Shown one piece after another: positions 59,174 through 64,000 of a stretch of 64,000 nucleotides of DNA; the first letter of the stretch is position 1, and each line of letters begins with the position of its first letter. The stretch covers positions 5,056,001 to 5,120,000 of the forward strand of contig OZ220733.1 in NCBI GenBank assembly GCA_965116875.1. Reading direction: 5' to 3'. Position numbers and translations under genes: made by a program. This DNA comes from Candidatus Latescibacterota bacterium (lineage in GTDB: Bacteria; Latescibacterota; UBA2968; GCA-2709665). Below the pieces are notes generated by a model. The model worked only from the letters and a program-made list of their open reading frames with translations. It searched no databases and was not told where the DNA came from.

Positions 59174-60488
59174 AGTCGGGTTATTCTGTATCGCTTTTGC
59201 GCTGCCGGCGGTCGCCCGTGAACTGAACAACCATTTGTATTATCGAAGTGACATTCGGGCACCCGTAACCCGGCTGGGAATTGTATTCCTTGGAGCCGGA
59301 AGCAACCGCGACGGGCATTCAAGAAACGGGCTTGCGGAGACTGTCGCGGAACTGATCCTGTACCTATCGAAAAAGCAGGGTCATATGGCTCGATTGGAAG
59401 GATTGGGCGGGGTTCTCGATGTCGATACGTATTTCGATTTTCAGGTTATATCCATGACCACACTTTCCAGGAATCTCGAAGCATCCATAGATATCGTGCG
59501 TGACCTGATGCAGCACCTGGATTTCGACGAATTCGACCTTCATGAAGCACAGAGGAAGTTGAGCGAACTCTACGAAGAGTCCCGGCGGTCCGGCACCCAC
59601 AGCCTTGTGAAGAACTATGCGCTTGCACGGACAATTGGCACGCAGAGATTCTACTCTCGGAGAGCGATGGAAAATCTGACCCTGGAGGACGTCAGGGAAT
59701 ACTGCTCCGGGCTCTTGAAAGCAGATGTTGTCTACTTCACGGCGATCTCTGACGTCGACTCGACAGAAATCCGGGAGTCACTCGTTCCAATCACGGCGGT
59801 CCGAGAGACGGGGGGGTTTATGCATTTGCCGGTGGACCGTGAGAACGAACGCCTTCCCGGGCATACCGCATTCGTGTTTGAGCATTACTCGCATTTGAAG
59901 AGCCTGAGCGGGTACTGGCTGATCCCCTGCGGGACGTTCAGAGAAGACAACTACGTTCCAAACATGGTTTGTAGTGCACTCGGGGAATTTCCCGCTCGCG
60001 GGCTGCTTTTCAGACATCTGAGAGAAGAGCTGGGATTGGTCTACGGTTCCGGCTGCGAATCAGGTGGCTGGGATGCGGTCAGATCTCTCGAGATTTATGC
60101 GAATTCCAGACTTGAAAACAGCGAGAAACTCATCCTGGAAATTCACGAAATCATCACCGGGCTTGCAGACAGCCAACGCTTCTGGGAGATCGTCGCTGAA
60201 TTGCGCCAGAACCCTGACTTCGCCGGGGCCGGTTTTCACGATGAATTGACGCTGCAGCGCAAAATGACCCGGGAGGTGGATCAGGCCATCTTCAAATTTC
60301 CGAGACGGGACGAGGGTTACAAATCCGTTACAGATTCCGAGATCAGGACATTTCTCAGGAAATACTTCGTGGAAGAAAATATGGTCATGTTGTTCTTCGG
60401 ACCTAAGGACCGCATCATCGAAATGCTGGAAAGACATTGGCCGGATATCACCATTCACGTACAGCCCGTAGAGAAAGCCATCGAATAG
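59145..60488 (+). CDS. M16-family peptidase, non-catalytic partner subunit
   Basis: Signal peptide, GLA, no HxxEH, LF--LREELGLVYG (R/Y motif); overlaps the previous gene. Confidence 0.8.
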   Translation: MMKHTNTTFRVGLFCIAFALPAVARELNNHLYYRSDIRAPVTRLGIVFLGAGSNRDGHSRNGLAETVAELILYLSKKQGHMARLEGLGGVLDVDTYFDFQVISMTTLSRNLEASIDIVRDLMQHLDFDEFDLHEAQRKLSELYEESRRSGTHSLVKNYALARTIGTQRFYSRRAMENLTLEDVREYCSGLLKADVVYFTAISDVDSTEIRESLVPITAVRETGGFMHLPVDRENERLPGHTAFVFEHYSHLKSLSGYWLIPCGTFREDNYVPNMVCSALGEFPARGLLFRHLREELGLVYGSGCESGGWDAVRSLEIYANSRLENSEKLILEIHEIITGLADSQRFWEIVAELRQNPDFAGAGFHDELTLQRKMTREVDQAIFKFPRRDEGYKSVTDSEIRTFLRKYFVEENMVMLFFGPKDRIIEMLERHWPDITIHVQPVEKAIE

Positions 60489-60510
60489 ACCCGCATCCCC
60501 CAACCCACCC

Positions 60511-61893
60511 ATGACCCGCCCTTTAGCCCCCTCCGACTCCGATCCCACCCCCTCCCACCAGACACCGGTCCTGCGCCAGGTCTGGGCCATCGCGTGGCCC
60601 GTTGTGGCCGCGTCGATGCTGGACGCCATGGAGGGGCTTGTGGACATCTCCATGGTGGGGCAACTGGGGCCCGCCGCGATATCCGCGGTGGGACTCAGCC
60701 GGCAGGTCCTGTTCGTGATCATGGTCATGGCGATATCGGTCAGCACCGGATCACGGACCCTTGTCGCGCAATTCTACGGGGCAGGTCGACGCGAGGACCT
60801 CAGCCATACGGCACAGCAGGCGATCCTGATGGGGGTCCTGCTGTCGGCGGGCCTGGCCCTTGTGGGGAGCGCGATCGCCCGGCCGGCCCTGGTTCTGCTC
60901 GGCGCGCAGGAAGACGTGCTGGCGCACGCGGTGCCCTTCATGCGCGTCTACTTCGTCGGCATCGTGTTCATGATGCCCAATTACATCATCGGCGGGATTT
61001 TCGGCGGCACAGGGGATACGCGGACGCCGCTGAAGATCTCGTGTCTCATCATTTGTCTGAAAATCCCGCTCACGTACGGCCTGATCTTCGGGGCATGGGG
61101 CCTGCCCCAGCTGGGCGTCACCGGAGCGGCGTTCGGCAGCGTCGTCTCGAGGGCGGTGGGCTGCGCCGTCGGCGTCTACCTGCTGACGTCCGGCCGTTCG
61201 AGGGTGCACATGCGGTGGAACTGGCGGCTTCCGTTCAACCGGGACATCATCGGGCGAATGATGCGCATCGGCGTGCCGACGGGGGTGCAGGGCTTCTTCC
61301 GGAATGGCGCAAGGATTCTGATCTATCGCGTGGTGGGGTGGACGAGCCGGCCCACCGCCGCGACTGCCGCGCTGACCATCGGATTGCAGATGCGGATGAT
61401 CGGCATCATGCCGGCCCTGGCGTTTTCCGTGGCGGCAACCGCGCTGGTGGGACAAAGACTGGGCGCGAAACAGATTGGCGAAGCCGAACGCTTTGCCGCA
61501 TACACGATCCGGCTGGGCATGGCGTTCATTGCCGTTTCCGCCGTCATCATTTGTGTCTTCGCGCGGGAAATCGTCGACCTGTTCACAGATGCCGCGGCAG
61601 TGATCGACATGGGATACGTGATGCTCCTGTACTTTACCGCCGCCCAGGTCTTTTCCGCACTGTCCATCGTGGTTGGAGGCGTACTGGCGGGCGGCGGCGA
61701 GACCCGGCCCCTGCTCTACTATACCATTGTGGCGCAGTGGCTGTTGATGCTGCCGCTGTCCTGCGCACTGGCGTTTACCCTGAATATGGATGCGACGGGG
61801 ATCTGGATCGCCTGGTTCATCGCCGGCGTCGCCCAGGGTGTTCTGGCCTGGTCCCGTTATCGGAAGGGCGTGTGGAAACAGACGGTGATCTGA
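60511..61893 (+). CDS. MATE-family efflux transporter
   Basis: D--MVGQLG, G-GDTRTP, LGVTGAA, VGQRLGA; about 12 TM helices. Confidence 0.93.
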   Translation: MTRPLAPSDSDPTPSHQTPVLRQVWAIAWPVVAASMLDAMEGLVDISMVGQLGPAAISAVGLSRQVLFVIMVMAISVSTGSRTLVAQFYGAGRREDLSHTAQQAILMGVLLSAGLALVGSAIARPALVLLGAQEDVLAHAVPFMRVYFVGIVFMMPNYIIGGIFGGTGDTRTPLKISCLIICLKIPLTYGLIFGAWGLPQLGVTGAAFGSVVSRAVGCAVGVYLLTSGRSRVHMRWNWRLPFNRDIIGRMMRIGVPTGVQGFFRNGARILIYRVVGWTSRPTAATAALTIGLQMRMIGIMPALAFSVAATALVGQRLGAKQIGEAERFAAYTIRLGMAFIAVSAVIICVFAREIVDLFTDAAAVIDMGYVMLLYFTAAQVFSALSIVVGGVLAGGGETRPLLYYTIVAQWLLMLPLSCALAFTLNMDATGIWIAWFIAGVAQGVLAWSRYRKGVWKQTVI

Positions 61894-62035
61894 AGAAGAT
61901 GCGCATGCTGAGTGCGAAAGGGAGAGGATGTGGCGAAGCTAAGCAGGGCGCCCACAAGGGACGCCCCGGCACAACCGGAAAGGCATTTGAAGTCGAAGGC
62001 ATACGAACGGAATCCACGAACTCCCCGGTGATTCT

Positions 62036-62575
62036 CTATTCCTGAAGCTGTTTCACCTTACGCCTCATTTCTTTGATGCCCGGGGCGTTGTCCACCTGCA
62101 CGTACAGCCGGTGCGCTTCTACAAAAGCATGCAGGGCTTCATCGCTCTTCCCCATACGCTCGAGCAGCATGGCGAAGCCGCGGAGCGCATTCGCCAGCGA
62201 ATGGACGGGGGCCGGATCGAGATTCCGGTACGTCTCAATTGCCGATCTGTAGTCGCGCTCCGCTCCTTCCCGGTCGCCGAGGTCCCGGCGAACGTCCGCG
62301 ACGTGACGCAGCGAGTGGGCCATTTTCTCGGCGTGGTTTCCGGCCACGTAGTGGTTGTATCCTTCGAGGTAAAAGTGGAGGGCCTGTTCACGGTTTCCGT
62401 GGTCCCTCTCGAACTGGCCGTATACGTGCGCCACCCTGCCCAGGGATTCGTGGTCGTCTTCCCGGCACAGCTTTGCCGCCTCCGCCACAAGCCGCCTTCC
62501 CCGTTCGGTATCCGACGCCCCCCTTGTCTTCCAGGCCTCGTCCAGCAACCGTGCGATTCTCTGCTTTCCTGACAT
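62036..62575 (-). CDS. Tetratricopeptide repeat protein
   Basis: Helical repeats A-SL--VA-V--DLG---A---Y. Confidence 0.75.
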   Translation of the reverse strand: MSGKQRIARLLDEAWKTRGASDTERGRRLVAEAAKLCREDDHESLGRVAHVYGQFERDHGNREQALHFYLEGYNHYVAGNHAEKMAHSLRHVADVRRDLGDREGAERDYRSAIETYRNLDPAPVHSLANALRGFAMLLERMGKSDEALHAFVEAHRLYVQVDNAPGIKEMRRKVKQLQE

Positions 62576-62600
62576 TGGATGCCTCTGTTTCTGTCGATTC

Positions 62601-63347
62601 CTACCGCTTCTTCGGCGTGTAGAACAGCAGGGTTCCGATCTGTTGGTATCCGACTGCAGAATACAGCATCGCGCCGGTGTGGGTCGCGGTCAGGACGGCC
62701 AGTTGAGAACCGTGCGACCGATCGTCACGAAGCATTCTGCACATCAACGCCCTTCCGATGCCCCGACGCCGGGCGGCGGGCGCCACGTGCATGTTCGAAC
62801 ACCACGTTGCCGAGTCCACGACGATGCTCTGAACCCACCCCACGGGCTGGTCATTTTCGAGCGCGACGTATTGCCTCAGCGGAGCGTCGGGCAAGAGATG
62901 CTCCGGCAGAATCTGTCGGATTCGTGTCGTCTTGTTCAATCGGTCCGCCATCTCGGCGGTGAGGACACGTTCGATGGGCAGGGGATCCGCGAGACGCGGG
63001 ATCCGCCGCAGCCGGTGCACCATGACGGGCTCCGTCGAATTCAGTCGATAGTCGAGCGCCTTGAAGTCCGCCCGCATGCCGGCGCCGGACTCCCCTGTTG
63101 CGCAGATCGCGCAGATTCCGAACTGCCCACGCGTGTGTTTTCGGGCAACCCGGTCGATCTCTCCTGCCTCAACGCCGTGGGCGATCCACTCCTCGCGGCG
63201 GTACGTGCCGCGTTTTCTGGGCGCGTCCCTCACCACCCAGATCGCGCACTCCCTGCTTGCAGGATAGGGGTGCGTAAAGCTTCTTGTAAAGGAATAGCCG
63301 CGCGCGAAAACCTCCAGCGCCCGCTGCATGAGCACGTTCTCCGGCAT
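62601..63347 (-). CDS. GNAT-family N-acetyltransferase
   Basis: V-P--RRRGIG-AL acetyl-CoA motif and LY--VGY; start at MPENV. Confidence 0.85.
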   Translation of the reverse strand: MPENVLMQRALEVFARGYSFTRSFTHPYPASRECAIWVVRDAPRKRGTYRREEWIAHGVEAGEIDRVARKHTRGQFGICAICATGESGAGMRADFKALDYRLNSTEPVMVHRLRRIPRLADPLPIERVLTAEMADRLNKTTRIRQILPEHLLPDAPLRQYVALENDQPVGWVQSIVVDSATWCSNMHVAPAARRRGIGRALMCRMLRDDRSHGSQLAVLTATHTGAMLYSAVGYQQIGTLLFYTPKKR

Positions 63348-63561
63348 AAATCGGCGCCTCCCGTAACTTGTTATAATATAGCAGGCTGCAATTTGCAGGC
63401 ATACAAAAAAAGCTGGACGTGCGATCCAGTAGCCCTTAGTTTTCGTTGGCAGCGAAACAAACTTGCGGTCACGCTGCCATTGCCCGCCCAACCGCGGACC
63501 ACGATACCGTTCTGGTGACGTATTTCGAAGCCCCGCGAGAACTCGAAACCCGGTTCAACTT

Positions 63562-64000
63562 ATGCGAAGCAAATCGTCCGCGACCTCCCGGGAATCCCGT
63601 CCGCATCCGGCCCGGCAAGGCGCGTCCCGATTCCGTGCCGGCGATCGCCTGGGCGTTGTCTCAGACTCCCACGGACTCCTCAGACCACAGGTCATAGAAC
63701 TCCTTCAGGACGTCCGGGCGGTCATCCACGCCGGCGACGTCGGAAAATTCTCGGTACTTGAGCAACTGGAATCTGTCGCGCCGGTGTACGCGGTACGAGG
63801 AAACGTCGACCTGGATCCGCCCTGCAGCGACCTGCCCGGGAGTCTTGCGCTTCACGCCGGCGCACAACGGATTCTCGTGACCCACATCCTTGAAGAAGCG
63901 GACGTCGCGGGTTTCGATCTCGTGGTGTGCGGCCATTCTCACGTACCGAAAATAAGCACGATTGGATCGACCCGCTGTCTGAATCCGGGCAGCATCGGGC
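63562..64000 (+). CDS. YfcE-like metallophosphoesterase, 3'-truncated (absent from the ORF track)
   Basis: VVSDSHG, IHAGD, VRGNVD, GHSH, NPGS motifs in one open frame to the window end. Confidence 0.9.
   Translation, partial: MRSKSSATSRESRPHPARQGASRFRAGDRLGVVSDSHGLLRPQVIELLQDVRAVIHAGDVGKFSVLEQLESVAPVYAVRGNVDLDPPCSDLPGSLALHAGAQRILVTHILEEADVAGFDLVVCGHSHVPKISTIGSTRCLNPGSIG

Noticed and set aside
63661-63942. 93-aa minus-strand ORF
   Set aside because: Shadow of the plus-strand metallophosphoesterase, which has all its catalytic motifs.

Overview
GC-rich bacterial chromosome segment. Gene order and content suggest a Gram-negative FCB/Gemmatimonadota-Latescibacteria-like organism, possibly host-associated (inference only). 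1-22.3 kb is housekeeping: NtrY/NtrX-like two-component pair, an Omp85-like barrel, then a long minus-strand run (tadA, tRNA-Ser x2, tRNA-Ala, large Alu-type SRP RNA, dnaX-ybaB-recR-pgsA-pgpA-thpR, recA-recX-alaS-GGGP synthase-ptsH-ptsI-metK-ahcY), followed by tRNA-Asn on the plus strand. About 22.4-40.1 kb is accessory: HhH-repeat lipoprotein, orphan antitoxins, a sigma54-driven ABC permease, a Sel1 protein, a RelE-like toxin with an unrecognised antitoxin, AAA_14/DUF4143, Fic, and a HigA-HTH::SIR2-like fusion gene split by a 190-bp TTAA-flanked MITE. Removing that MITE restores a 504-codon ORF. Next come coaE/peptidase/hflC/hflK/pfkB/recG, an ankyrin pseudogene, an SLBB + xPDG-repeat + CAP lipoprotein, an imuA-imuB-dnaE2-SRAP cassette (dnaE2 frameshifted in a C7 run), MNT with a truncated HEPN, an M16 peptidase pair, MATE, TPR, GNAT and a partial metallophosphoesterase. 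Non-coding highlights: four MITE-like insertions, a shared AC-N4-GT palindrome in the recA, recG and imuA promoters (candidate SOS box), and a 30-bp-periodic array upstream of fic. No CRISPR array, rRNA or intact transposase/integrase was seen. All calls are by eye, with no database searches.
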